A DNA stretch of 64,000 nucleotides from Selaginella moellendorffii. Its lineage: Eukaryota; Plantae; Lycopodiophyta. The notes under the pieces are model-generated. The model did no database searches. It was not told the origin of the DNA and saw only the letters and a list, made by a program, of their open reading frames with translations. Shown piece after piece: positions 22,891 through 36,250 of the stretch. Location: contig NW_003314343.1 in assembly GCF_000143415.4 (NCBI RefSeq), forward strand, positions 620,813 to 684,812. The letters run 5' to 3'. The position numbers and the translations under genes were made by a program. Numbering within the stretch: the first letter of the stretch is position 1; each line of letters opens with the position of its first letter.

Positions 22891-23179
22891 GTCTTAAATG
22901 TATAATATTTAGGTTAATTATATTTAAATTAAATTAATATTGCGAATGCATGGAATATGGAAAGGGAATACAGAAATGTGCATATCAATTAGCCCAAAAA
23001 CCCTAGCTTATATACAAGAGCGAGTGGTCCGGATTGAAACCAATCCAACGGCTACCAAAATCCTACTACGCTAATATTAGTATACGGCATTGTAGCCGTA
23101 CACTTGGCCCTCACATCATCCCCTCCTCTCGGAATAATAGAAGACCATCAGGGTTCTCTTGTAGATGGGCCAGGATCTG

Positions 23180-26100
23180 GAGGAACATCAAGAGGAGGCA
23201 TCGGTGGATCTGTAGGTGGCATTAACTGCTCCTGATCCCTTTGTACAAAGCGTTTCAACCACTGCACATGTACAATTTCTGGAAGATCGGCCTGCTGAAC
23301 GTCATGCTAAACCTCATAAACTTGTGGTCCAACTTGCCGCAACACCTGATACGGTCCTTTCCACTACGCAAGAAGTCTCTTAGATAAACCACGTACCATA
23401 AGATGGGGAAAACGGACTAACACCAAATCATCCACTTTGTACTCCACATGTGGACGATGATGAGAGTTGTAGCGCCGTTGTTGTCCTACTTGTACGCGGC
23501 TTAAATGTTCGGTAGACTCTGCTCGGACTAGTGGAAGAATGCTCGTCAAATACTGATCCCACGACCTAGCATCGGTAGCTCGCGGCAATCGCAAAGGTAA
23601 ACCTAGCTCCGTTGGTAATATTGGATCATGACCATATAGGAGTTTATATGGTGAAGCATCAACAGAACTTTGCACCCCCGTGACATATGCATATCGAAGA
23701 GACGGCAAATAACCATCCCAATTTGAATGCTGAAAGTTCACATACTTCGCAATCATCCCTTTGAATGTCCGAACGAGCCACTCCACCAGACTGTCTGATT
23801 GTGGATGATAAGCACTCGTGAAAGTGTGGCGTATCCCCAACCGAGACATCAAAACATGAAATACCTCAGCCATAAATGCGGGACCATTATCTGAAAGAAT
23901 CCGCTCTGGACAAGAATGCTGGAACACCACTCGATTGAGGAGGAAGTAGCCAACAGCAGTTGCAAAGGCGCTAGCAAGAACACCAACTTCCACCCAACGA
24001 GTCAAGTAGTCAGAAGCAATAATAACATACTCATTGCCAATAGTCGACCGTGGAAAAGGTCCCATAAGATCAAACGCCACCAACTCAAATGGAAGGAAAA
24101 GTGCAATTGACTCCAACCATCCTTCCACAGCACGAGGGGGAGTATTACGAGCTTGGCACCGAACGCAGCTACGCACATACCGGATAACATCACGTCGCAT
24201 CTCCAGCCAGTAAAAAGACCTGCGTAGCTTCTCGGTTATACGACGGTGTCCCATATGCCCACCTAGAACAAGAGAATCATGGTAGGCATAGAGAAACCGC
24301 GGAATAAAGACAGAAGGCACCACCAGCCGTAAATAATCCTCAAGACCCGTCCCCACAAAATAAAGAAGGCCATCTTCAAGGTGATATTGAGAATGTAAAT
24401 GCCGAAAAGGCAAGTCATCAACAAGTGATGCAGGATTCTCAAACTCATCTCAAAGCCTTTAAATCCATGGCTCAATCTTTTGAGCCTCGCGAACATCATC
24501 AAGAGAAGGTAGATCTTGCTCTGCGCCTTATGGACACTGAACATCAAGGACAGCAACTGCCGACGGCATAGAATCCTTGTCTAGAAAATCCACAGATGCT
24601 GGAACAACAGGCTCGTCAGAAACATGAGAAGTGAGTGAAGAAGGAAGAGGAGCTCGAGAAAGGGCATCAGCATCAGCCATAGAACTCCCTGGGCGATGAA
24701 CAACATCAAAATCATATATCTGAAGCTTCAAAGCCCACCGAGCAGAACGACCAACCAGGTTCTTCCGCTTCAATAATGAAGTAACAGCAGCATGGTCACC
24801 TTCAAGTAACGTCCGAGAACCATATAGATATGCATGAAGTTTCTCGAAACCCCAAACTGCTGCTAAACACTCCTTCTCCGTCGTGGAATAGTTCATCTCT
24901 GCTGGTTGTAATGTACGGCTTATATACGCAATAGGTTGGCGCTGACCAGGCACACTCGAGCTCTCTTGCATCAACACACCTCCAAGACCAATGTCATAAG
25001 CATCCACACACAAAATAAAAGGTCGAGTGTAGTCAAGATATGCCAAAACCGGAGGAGTCGTCAATAGCTTTTTGAGATCCCCGAATGCTTGCTCACAATC
25101 TGGAGACTAGATGAAAGATGATGTTGATGACTTTAGCAATGCTCGCAATGGTGCAATGCGATCAAAAAGATGATCTACAAAACGACCGAGATACTGCACC
25201 TTGCCCAAGAAGCGCTGCACATCATTCACACATTTCGGAGTAGGGAACTTTAGAACAGCCACAAGTTTGTCAGGATCAACTTGCAAACCCTCACGAGAAA
25301 TACGGTACCCAAGATAAGTTGTATCCTTGGACCCAAACACGCACTTTGACCGCTTCAGCTTTAAACCAACATCAGCCGATCCAACACTTTACAAACATCA
25401 CGAACGTGCTCCTCCCACATCCCCTCCGAGTGAATCAAGACATCATCAACGAAGTCGGTAGTCATCTTTGGCATATCACAAAGAACCTCGTCCATCATCT
25501 GCTGGAAAGTTGCTGGAGCGTTGTTCAAACCAAACGGCATCACCAAGAACTCGTACAAACCAAACGGTGTACGAAAAGCAATCTTAGGAATATCTTCTGC
25601 GGCCATTGGTACTTGCCAGTACCCAAAAGCAAGATCTAGCTTGGTGAACCAACGACTTCACCCTAGACGATCCAAGAGATCAGCAATGTGAGGAAGAGGG
25701 TACACATCCGGGATCGTCACTTCATTTAACAGACGATAGTCGATGCAAAAACGAATACTCCCATCAGGCTTCGTTACAAGATGAGGTTCACATGCCCAAA
25801 GACTCCGCGACTTCTGAACAACACCCTTCTCCAACATCTCCTTGACGTTTGTATGTAAAATCTTGATCTCCTTGGGTGACCGACGACGAACAGGAACCTT
25901 GATTGGACGAGCATCCCCGGTTGGAATCAAATGACATGTGGCAATCTTGGCCCCAGACGATAGGTCAAAATCAAAGAGATCAGAATACTCTTTCATGAGC
26001 CGGTCAACAGCTGCAACACAAAGATCATCGGAGGGATCGGAAAAGGGAAAAGCAGAACAAGATGGAAACATAGGAGGAAATAGTGGGGGAACAAAAGTAA

Positions 26101-26632
26101 TGGAAGCAAAGGTAGAAGTAGAGGGATAAAAAGGTACGGAAGTGAGAGGAATGGATGAAACATAAGGAAGTATGAGACAAGGGGGAGAAGCCTCAAAGTC
26201 ACACTTAGCATGATTGTGCTGCAACCAATCCATACCAAGAATGAGGTCAAAAGCTTGACTCGGCACCACCCGCAACGACTGCAACTCAAGCTCGAGATCG
26301 CCCACATGCACAACCAAGTCCGCCTCATCTCGTGCACATGCATGGGTATGGCCGTTGCCATAAAGAATGAAAATTGGATCCGCCGCATGACACAAGTGTA
26401 GACGACAACGTGTGGCAACAGGTCGAGCAATAGAAGATAAACTCGAACTTGTATCAACCAACACAGAGAGAATAATAGGAGACCTCTTGTTATAAAAACG
26501 AGATTGGAAAGTAAACACTGGATGAACTGATGCCGAGTGAACCCCTTGATGATACTCCCGAAAGAAAGATGGAGGGGTCACTAACTTATTCGCACAAGGT
26601 TCCTCCATTACTCGCGCGACTCCTCGTTTCCC
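23180..26632 (-). pseudogene. pol: Pol (protease VDTS, RT, RNase H, integrase), interrupted
   Basis: ORF pieces 25658-26743, 25361-25606, 25107-25340, 24528-25064, 23364-24413 with RFCIDYR, MPFGL, YSTTEKECLA, SDNGP, SAYHPQ motifs. Confidence 0.9.
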
Positions 26633-27552
26633 TGATGCACCTCGGTGTCCAAACCTTCCACCGTAGCAGCACCAACGAGACATTGCTGACGCCAAGGTCT
26701 CCACCCAGGAAATGGAGGTCGCCAATCTGGAAAGCGCCGACAACGCCGATAAGTATGACCAACTTCATCACATGCCCAGCAACGAACATCACGGCCATGA
26801 CCACGTCCTCGCCCTTGTCCTTGGACTCGAGTAGCAGCAGCATCAACCTCCATTGGAACAGGACCATCACTCATAGGAAGTGGAGTAGAAGGACGTGTAG
26901 CGAGAAGTGGAAGAGGCGATGTTTCATAACATTGTGCCAAGCGAAGAGCATCGTCAAGGGTGGCAGGAGCAAGTGCATGCACAAGGCCGACAAGATCTTG
27001 ATGAAGTGCTGGCCACAACATTCCTAGCTTGATCCGCTCCGACATATTGGGCTCCGCACGAAGCAAAAGACTTCGGAAACGAACGCCAAATTGCATCACC
27101 GACTCAGATGGCCCTTGGCGAAGACGATGCAATTGTTGGAAGGCATCGTCACAATCGTCGGCATGTCCGAAGGCGCGTTTGAAGACATCTAGAAGAAGAC
27201 TCCAATCCCCATGAGTGGCCGCACTCAATCCATTGTACCACTGCAACGCCGTCCTTTGGAGACACGTGGGAAACTCACGCAAACGTCGAGCATCATCCCA
27301 AAAATGATATGTGGCAATCACCGTGAAGTGATCGAACCAATGGTACACATCATCCCTAGGATTCCCACGAAAAAACTCTGGCCGAACGCGAGGATTGGCA
27401 CCAAGAGCAAGAGGAGTTGGACCACGTGCCATGAATGCCGCCATCAATTGAGTTTGGTTGTTCAATTGCAAGCGCATAGCATCAAGCAATTGGACCAACT
27501 GCTGCTCTAGAGTCAAAGAAGGAGATTGCTGATCTGCCATGAAGATAGACAA
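26608..27552 (-). CDS. gag: Gag (retrotransposon capsid + CCHC zinc knuckle)
   Basis: PEFFRG..DVYHW, RQGPSESV, PMEVD, CWACDEVGHTYRRC. Confidence 0.9.
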   Translation of the reverse strand: MSIFMADQQSPSLTLEQQLVQLLDAMRLQLNNQTQLMAAFMARGPTPLALGANPRVRPEFFRGNPRDDVYHWFDHFTVIATYHFWDDARRLREFPTCLQRTALQWYNGLSAATHGDWSLLLDVFKRAFGHADDCDDAFQQLHRLRQGPSESVMQFGVRFRSLLLRAEPNMSERIKLGMLWPALHQDLVGLVHALAPATLDDALRLAQCYETSPLPLLATRPSTPLPMSDGPVPMEVDAAATRVQGQGRGRGHGRDVRCWACDEVGHTYRRCRRFPDWRPPFPGWRPWRQQCLVGAATVEGLDTEVHQGNEESRE

Positions 27553-29281
27553 AAAAAGAGCAAAAAAAGAGAAACAACAAAAAAGCTAGAAGGAAATGGT
27601 AGATCTAGACAATGCAAAAAGCTAGATTTAAACCAAAATCCTGAAAAGAAAGAACAAAAGAAAGGAAATGGAAAAAGCTAGATCTAGACAATGCAAAAGC
27701 TAAATCTAAACCAAAATCCCAAATCTAAACACTTTTCAGGGACAATCAAAGATGCCCCTCAACTCCACCAATGTGAGTGCATGGAATATGGAAAGAGAAT
27801 ATAGAAATGTGCATATCAATTAGCCCAAAAACCCTAACTTATATACAAGAGTGAGCGGTCCGGATTAAAACCAATCCGACGGCTACCAAAATCCCACTAC
27901 GCTAATATTAGTATACGGCATCGTAGCCATATACTTGGCCCTCACAATATCATTATTATTTATTAGTTAAATAATTTATTATGAACAACACTTGATTTTC
28001 TTAATAGTAATGTTATTTTTATTTAATGTTATTTATTAAACCATGTTATTCAAATAATAACGTCATAGAAACGGTGTGCCGACTCCCAGATTCTTTCAGA
28101 GGCTGGGCACACTGTTGATGCTGTGATAGCTCTTTGGTACTCCTCCTGCCTCACGTCTCAGCAGAACGCCACGATCGACAATCTGGCACGCTTGGTTCTA
28201 TTGAAGAAGAGCTCAGATGATCCCAAGTGCTCCAAGCTTTCTTTGGTTGCAAGCTTTGGAAACAAAGTCTGGGACGCTCCTGAGACGAGGCAGAGGGTGG
28301 TGTTTGGCCGTCCTGACTTGTTGGAACGCAAGCTTGTTCTTCTCCAGCCTCAGCACAGGCTCTCTTGGAACGACTGCCACTCGGGAATGCTCCTTCCATT
28401 TGGCTACGCGGCAACGCTAGAACACCAACGAGCTAACAGGAATCTCCTCCATCCCGAGCTCGGCTGGACCGAGCCACTAGTCTATGCACGACATCTTTGC
28501 ATCTGGCGAGAAGTAGTCTCTACGAAGAACCTCTGCGGCTGCCTCTTCTTCCACGTTGACAGCCCTGCTCACCAAGCTCGAGGTATGCGAGTTACGTTCA
28601 AGTTCTTCTCTTCTGCGACGCTAGAGAGCTCGCACAGGTGTTTCGCAGGGATGGATTAACCTTCCAGGGGATTGACACATCAAACTTGGCAGACGTGATA
28701 TACGTTGGAATTGAGAGGATTCTCATGGACTGGGGGCCACTGCTGGAAGCTAAACAGGGTGTGAGCTTACAATCTCGCTCATGAACTGGGCGAAAGACCG
28801 TTCTTTCAGTGACACTGCTGCCACCACACCTCCTCGAGCGTAAAGGTTCGTGTTTCATGGACAAGTGGATGCTATGCATAAACTCTGCGGTGGTAAAACT
28901 CTTCCCCGACAACAGTGAGGAGTTCCAGGAGTATCTGGAGGCACGAAACGCGATCGTTGCAGCGCGACGGCTAGGAAAGAGCACAAAGTTGCGCCAGGGA
29001 GGCGCTTGGATCTAGAGGGCTGCGTTCCTAGCATTGCCGCCAGTGACGACGAGATTGACTGCCTTGTTTGTGTGGTATACCACACACTTAGCGAAAGGTT
29101 CATCGAGTGGATCCCCGGCTCAGCGTTGAATTGCCATCTCCGACTTATCTAGTACTATTGTTTAGGAGTTGTAATGCTTTTTACAACATGCTCTGCACAA
29201 ATCGTCACGTGTCATGCCAAAGAAAAAAGCTGTTTTTAGTGACATTCTATGCTTTGCATTGTCGTTTCCAGTTTTAGGTTG

Positions 29282-29287
29282 TATAAA
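29282..29287 (+). promoter_or_regulatory. TATA box of the small secreted peptide gene
   Basis: tataaa ~50 bp upstream of the ATG at 29336. Confidence 0.5.
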
Positions 29288-29335
29288 TTGGAAGGGAAGA
29301 TTATTGAGAGTGTGAGTGATTGGTGTTGATAATCC

Positions 29336-29791
29336 ATGGCTAGTTCAAGCCTTGCTGTGCTCTGCATTTCTCTTGTGGTCTTGTCTGCAGGATTAGTAAC
29401 TTTGGCAGAAGGTAAATTAATATAAGTTTATTAGTGTTAATCAAAATTTATTTCTATTCAGATTTTAAAGAGGATGAATATGATATTAAGCATTATGTCA
29501 AAAGTGGTGTTGCCAGAGATGAATATAAGACTTCAGTCACATCACAGCATCATATATATGAAGATGATAATATAGGGTAACAGTTCTTTCTTTTTTTTCT
29601 TTTGGCAGTAACAAATGGTTATTAAAAAAATATGCAGGTCAATGTCTGGGGAGGAGGAGGAAAGTGTTAAGGCTTCTGGTATCTATAACTTTTGCAAGCG
29701 TTTTTGTGGAAAGGGCTTTTTCCTATGGAAAGCTTGCAAGTCATGCCCTGCTTCAGCTCCAGCTCCAGCTCCATCTTCTAACCATCACTAA
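29336..29791 (+). CDS. Small secreted Cys-rich prepropeptide (114 aa, 3 exons)
   Basis: Exons 29336-29411, 29462-29576, 29638-29791 (GT-AG, in phase): signal peptide MASSSLAVLCISLVVLSAGLVTLAE, acidic pro-region, then GIYNFCKRFCGKGFFLWKACKSCPASAPAPAPSSNHH*. Confidence 0.8.
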
Positions 29792-30819
29792 GAAAAATTG
29801 ACTCTTTGTAATAAAAAAATAAAATAATTGCTACATTATTCCTTATATTCAATGGTAATGTAACTTGCACAAATTGTTTCATATAATGCACTACCACATT
29901 ATTATGTTTCTTTCTTAACTATGATATCTGAGCTCTACTAATCCAGCACAAGAGAGATTCATAGTAGGATTGCATTAGTCATAAGTTATTTATCAGCACA
30001 AATGACTTATGCTCATTAAACTTTTTTTTTAGAAATAATTTTAAAAATAGTTAATCAAAACTATAATTAGCATATAATAAGGTTTACACATTCCAAGTTT
30101 CTAACCACCGTGAAGGAGGGCAATGCTCCATTCACTATTAATATAATATGGATTAATGGATTAGGAAATGAAATTCATACCAAAATGAGGAGTATGATAT
30201 TACAATAGTACCCCCAATTTCTTTCAGCGAAAAAAATAAGTATCTAGTAAACTCTAAAAAGGCATAAGCAGTAAGAAGCATCAAATTGTGGTGCCCTCCT
30301 CCAATTGCTGGTACACGCAAAGGTAATTCACTCTAGTTAAACTCAAATTTATCATGGCTCTATGGATTAAAAAGTTGAGAGATTAGTTAATAGCATTATT
30401 TACTAAAAAAACTTTCTAATGCGCAAAAAATACATACTTTTGTATGTGGTATCCCTCTAACGAGCAAGTTGGAGAAAGCAAAGCTTTTCCGAGATAGATA
30501 GATAGATACTTTTTCTCTTCACTTACATATTGTATCCTGCCTGGAATTTACCATATTTGCAAATTCTTACACTCACCATAGTGAAATCTTAGAGCAAGGG
30601 AATCCTTGGGCATGCCTTGCAGTGCTCCTCGATCATTCAAAGATCCAAGGAAATCCAGTATAAGCAGTGGAAGCAAAGGATCCAGCAACCTATGGCACAA
30701 GCAATGGTGGTGCAAAGCAATGTTTGTTGATTGTGTACAGCCATTTGTGGCCAACTAAACCCCAAGGTGAAAGAATCCAGAGCTACGCTACCAGAAACGT
30801 GGAGTGGGCTGCTCCCGCA

Positions 30820-33034
30820 ATGGATCGATCCGAGCGTCTTGGCCAGGCTAGGCCACAAAGATCTCGAGCTCGACAACGATGTCTACGCCACGCTCCTCCG
30901 CGAATGCGAGAGATCCAAATCGCTCTCGCAGGAGCGATACATCCACGCTCACATCCTCGCCAGTGGCAAGAGCGGCAAGACGTTCCTGGGAAACCTCCTG
31001 GTCCGGATGTATGGCAAATGTGGCTCCATCGCCGATGCCAAAGCGGCCTTTGATCAGATCCATCGCAAGAACGTCTTCTCCTGGACGATCATGCTCGGGG
31101 CGTTTGCCGATTGTGGGCATCACAGGCAGGCGATCGAGATCTATCACGCCATGGTTCTCGAGGGAGTGAGGCCGGATTGCGTCGCCTTCGCATCCATCGC
31201 GGGGATTTGCTCGGAGCTGCAGTGTTTCCAAGCGGGCAAGGCGATCCACGACTGCGTGCTCGAGCAAGGCGCCGAATCCGACGTGATCGCCGCCAAAAAT
31301 CTCGTCACCATGTACAGTAAATGCGGTCGAACGGGGCTAGATGCGTGTTTCACCGGATCAAGAACAAGAATCCAGTCTCTTCGAACGCGATGATTGCAGC
31401 ATTTGCCCAGTGTGGAGATTTTGCGAGTGCGCTGGAGTTCTACGTCGAGCATCCCATGCCTGACAAGATCACGCTCATTCTGGCAGCGAAAGCGTGCGCG
31501 CTTGGGGGATCTCGATCGAGGCCGGGAGATCCATGCCAGAGCCGTGGAGCTGGGATTGGAATCGGACCTCCTGGTGGCCAACAGTCTTATCGGGATGTAT
31601 GGCAAGTGCTACTGCGTGGGCGATGCCAAGCGCTTGTTCGATGGATTGAACGCCAAGAACAGGGACGTGATCTCCTGGAACTCGAACATCGCGGCTTATA
31701 TCTTGGCCGGAATGAGCTCGCAGGCGCTGGAGCTCTTCCGGGAGAGAATGGATGTGGAGCCGGATAGGATCACTTTCATCGCGCTGATCGATGCGTGCTC
31801 GACCCTGTGCGATCTCGAGCAGGGCAGATGGATCCACGAGAGGATTCGCAGCTCGGAATTTGTGAGAGAGGTGGCAGTGGAGAACGGTCTACTGCTCATG
31901 TACGCCCAAGTGGGGAGCATCGAGGAAGCGATGGCAATCTTCGAGAGCATGGAAGGGAGACGAACAATCTCCTCCTGGAATTCGATGATCACGGCTTGGG
32001 CGAGTCAAGGAGATCGAGATGGCAGTAGCAGCGAAGAGGTTTTACGGATCTACAACAGGATGAGCTTGGAAGGATTGAAGGCTGACAAGATCACTTTCGT
32101 GAGCCTGGTGACGATTTGCAAGGATTTCTTGCACGGAAGGAGGATTTTTGAGCAGAGGATCGTTCTAGAGACGGAGATGGAGCTCGCAACGAGCTTGGTG
32201 ATCATATAGTGCAAATTCGGCTGCGTGGCCGACGCGATGGCAGTGTTTTCTGGGATGAGATCGAGAGATGGTGGCCTGGACAGCGATGATCACGGCTTTC
32301 TCGCAGCAAGAACACACGAGCATGGAGGCCGTGGATTACTTTTGCCGGATGGACTTGGATGGATCCAAGCCCGACGAGGTGACTTTCGCCAGCGTTCTTG
32401 GATCGATTGCTCGATTGGGTCTTCTCTCCAGAGGAAGATCCGTCCACTGCGATGTTCTAGCCTGCATGTCGTGGTGGGCACTGCGCTGCTCGACATGTAC
32501 AGCAAATGCGGAAGCTTGATCGATGCCAAGCGCGCGTTTCACGATCTGGGAGGCTCCAGGAATCTCGTCTCCTGGAACGCGATGATCGCCGTCATGGCCA
32601 AACATGGCGATTGGAGCTCCGGCTTCGATCTCTACCGCGCCATGATCCTCGAGGGAGTGAGACCCAACGATGTCACATTCACCAACATGCTCTTCCTGTG
32701 CACGGCGGTGGTGGCGATCGAGAATGCGGCATCTGGGATGCTTGCGCATCGATCGTGCTCGAATTCGGCGTCAAGATCACGCCCGATCGTGGATGTTCTT
32801 GGGCGATCTGGGCGGCTCGAGGAGGCAGAGGAATTTGTGGAGAAGGGAATGGGATTCGAGCCGGGGATCCTCGAGTACCGTACGCTCCTGAGGAGCTGTA
32901 TGGTTGTTTGCGAGATGGCGCAGCGCGTCATGGAAATCGAATCGCAAACCTTCATGGCATATGCTAAGACTTTGGCTTACAGAAAAATCATCCAGATCTT
33001 CCAACTTCTAATGCTGTATATGCAGCTACGATGA
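30820..33034 (+). pseudogene. PLS-class PPR pseudogene (several frameshifts and stops)
   Basis: NLLVRMYGKCGSIADAK..F, ANSLIGMYGKC, TALLDMYSKCGSL, VDVLGRSGRLEEAE split across frames. Confidence 0.88.
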
Positions 33035-35189
33035 GCGTATGATTGTTCTTTCAAGCAGCATTCGATTGCTCTTCCAGGAAGGAGCAAGAAAACAACAAGG
33101 AGGCGCTGGAATTTGGCGGCTATGGGGAATTCCAACGAGAGAGCTCGCGTTCTTGGGACACGCGCTTTGCAAATCAGGTGAGTGAGAACCTTTTCTCGCG
33201 TTTGGTCTGGCTAGCGAGAACTCTTTTTCTTTTTCGTGACAGTATGAACGCTCCAGTGATGGTGGAACTTGAGGGTGAGACAGATTCACTCGAGGTATAG
33301 AAACTCTGAAAAGGAATTTGTGTGGAGTGATGGAGTTGCAGATTGCTACGTGAACGGAAGATCCCTTTATTCGGCGATACCGAATATGCTCCAGTATGTT
33401 CCAGTATGAACGCGCACTTAATAAGTCCTTAATAATCCACTCCAAACGGTAGAGTCTCTTGCGACAAGACGAGGGTATGTTTACACATTTATAGGGTGAC
33501 ATCAGGATCAAAAGCGAGAATCAGAGAAAAGCCCGGCAGGTTACGATGCGGATCAATGTTAAAAACTCACAGACTGATACGTGCAATTCTTTACAGCCAA
33601 AAGTTTTGGCTTTCTTAGCGAAGAATCGTGCAGAATCTGGCAAGGTTAATCTGAAAAGTATAATCCGGCCACGAAGGTGGAGCGTTGGCAATGGACATTT
33701 ATTTTCGTTCTTTCTTTCTTTCTCCATGGTATGTGGGACTTCTCTCAGCATATCCCGAGCTGCATATCCAGTGATTCAAAGCAAAGTCTCACCCTTATAC
33801 CCCTCTTTGATGATAGTCGGGCAATTAGCACACCATTATTCTTCCATATCTTGTCTTTCTCTAGTCACCCAGAGTATAAAATGCGACAACCACCTTCATT
33901 GCAAACTCCCCCCGCTCCCTCTCGTAAGAGGGAAGGCTCCAAGTTATGAGTGAGCAAAGGGCTCTCACCTCGAGAACTCAGACAAGCTCTCTCGAATCCA
34001 AGCTTGGCTCCTTTGGTTATTCTTCTCCTCTTCGTCCCCTTTCAAGAGTAAGCTTGGTTTGTTTTGTCTTTGCTCTCGTGGTTCTGAGCTTTTGATTCTT
34101 TCAGTTTGGTTGCGCCAGCAATCGGGACTCCGACGAAACAAAACGTTCCACAAGCGTGATTTCCAGAAAGAGTACGTGCCTCACTTCCTTCCATGCTCAA
34201 GTGAATTCTTTCATTCCCTTTCGCTCGCATAAGTTACTCGTGTTGACAGTGTGTAAGTGTGTAACTTATGACAGCCTCTTTTCATGTAGATTTCCCTACA
34301 TTCCCTGTCTCCTTTTTTTCGCTTCAGAGGCAAATGGACATGGATTGCTTGCTTCTTCTCTCCTCTTGCACTGCGCCGCGTCAGTTTCACTCGGGAAAAC
34401 GTATGTTGGCCGCGGCGAGAAATGAAGGCTTTCCCGCTTTTCTCCAGAGATGATCTTAAGACGCTGTTTTCTTGTGAGAACCGGTACTGGTGCTCCTCCC
34501 CAGCACCATGCATTTTTTTATGATTCCACGCCACCATTTGTCTCGTCATATGCTCACTGCCGCTGTTCTTCTTCATCTTCTTCCAGAGCACGGGCGCCAC
34601 AAAACTTTGAAGAGGCATTGTCAACTTGACACCATTTCCACCAGGTATTTCATCTCTTGTTTGATCGTTTTCTTCTCGCCTCAAGTAACCAAGCTTTTTG
34701 GATCGACCTGTAGAATCTCAACTTTCTTGAGCTGCTTGTAATTCACCCGCCACTCTGGGACGAGCTGACTCTCAAGCTGCTTCTGGAGGTTCACCATGCC
34801 TGAGGTCTTCTCGGTTGACAAGAGCAAGCTCCAATGCTTGCTGCAAAATCCGAGCGCCATCCTGATTAGCTGCTGCAATGGAAACTTCCACGCTTTTCGG
34901 GGTCCAAAACGTGTGATTGTGGGAAGTGAGACCACTTACTTCAGACAATGAAAAACAAAGCTCATGCATGGACATTTCCTGTGGTGCCACACAACATATG
35001 TTTGACTGAGATGATACAAAGAAATTTTATACCATTTTGAGCTCTTGTTTAACGAGATCTTTGGGAGAAGCTTTTGGAAGTTCTTCAGTAGTGTCCTATC
35101 TGATAGAAAAAAGGCTTAGTGTAAAATTATCAAATTTTACTTACAAAGATCCCAATATCCTCTAGATTTCTCTCTCATTAATCTAGTGT

Positions 35190-36250
35190 CAACTTGAATT
35201 AAGCTGCCATTGCTTGGGACCACAATAGCTTATGCCATAGGTTGCGGGATCCATTTCTTGCACTAGAGCAATTGGTTACATTGGATTTTCTTTGGATCTT
35301 TGAACAATTGAGGAGCATCGTCTTCTCCAGGATTTCGTGTTAAGAATATTCACTATATTTGCAAATATGACAAATTCCTTTTTTGTATGTAATTTTTAAG
35401 TACAAAAATACCAAATATCAATTTTTGCAAGAGTATACGTAAGGAATTAGAAGACTCAATATATAACAATATATATTTCTTGCCTGTCAAATCCTTCCCC
35501 ACTGAGCATTAGAAAGCTGCTTACTCACTAATAATTTTATTAAATAATAGTAAATTTATTTCTTTGCTTTTTAGTTGATTGTTGTATTTATTATGACAAT
35601 TGATTTATGGAACCATTCATCACAATCAACATGACCATAACATGTAAGTTGCCAAGCTGTAATATTGCAATATATTTATAGCTTGATCAAAATATCTTGA
35701 TTGGGCATAAACAACCTCTTTTTTTGGTTGACAATAAATATGTAAAAAATTGTTATCATGACAAGTTACTGTGGAGTTGGAACATGGCATTACTTGGAAA
35801 TCAAGTCCTTTGCATAATTGTTTTTGTAGAAGTGCTCTACTAATCAAGCACAAGAGAAATGCATAGTGGGATTTTTTTGGCATTAATTTTTGAATATTGC
35901 TAAAAGATAAGTTTAATGAGCATAAGTCATTTTGTGCTGATGGCTAAAAAATAGTAATAAAAAGTTTTACATAAATTCTATGTGCTCATCATATTTACAC
36001 ATCTAGCCATCCCTTGCACTGAAAGAAGTTGTTCACTATTAATATAATATGAATTAATGGATCAAGAAATGAAATTCAGACCAAAACGTCATGGATATGT
36101 ATGAGTATGATTTGAAACCTTTGTTTGCAAAGACACTCTCCTCCTCCTCACCAGACACTGACCTCCATATTTTTTTTACAACCAATTGTTATTGCAAAAA
36201 GAACATTAAAAAAGGAATTGTTACACTATATTATCATATAAATGATGTGG
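35190..36250 (-). repeat. Diverged, mostly inverted paralog of 29545-30720, including a fragment of the peptide gene
   Basis: 36130-36250 is the reverse complement of the peptide gene intron 2/exon 3 start; 35905-35940 of ~29990-30020; 35190-35380 of ~30545-30720. Confidence 0.7.

Larger units (their letters stand above)
22941..27946 (-). mobile_element. Full-length but defective Ty3/gypsy LTR retrotransposon without chromodomain
   Basis: 175-bp LTRs at 22941-23115 and 27772-27946 (13 transitions by hand count); flanking ATAT repeat; PBS TGGTGGAGTTGAGGGG (tRNA-Ala type) at 27770-27753; PPT at 23130-23116; order gag-PR-RT(FVDD)-RH-INT; several stops and frameshifts in pol. Confidence 0.95.

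Noticed and set aside
28120-29150. Possible gene remnant (ORF 28123-28659 and neighbours)
   Set aside because: GC-rich and coding-like but fragmented with no recognisable domain
33030-35100. Scattered ORFs on both strands
   Set aside because: No consistent gene model or motif
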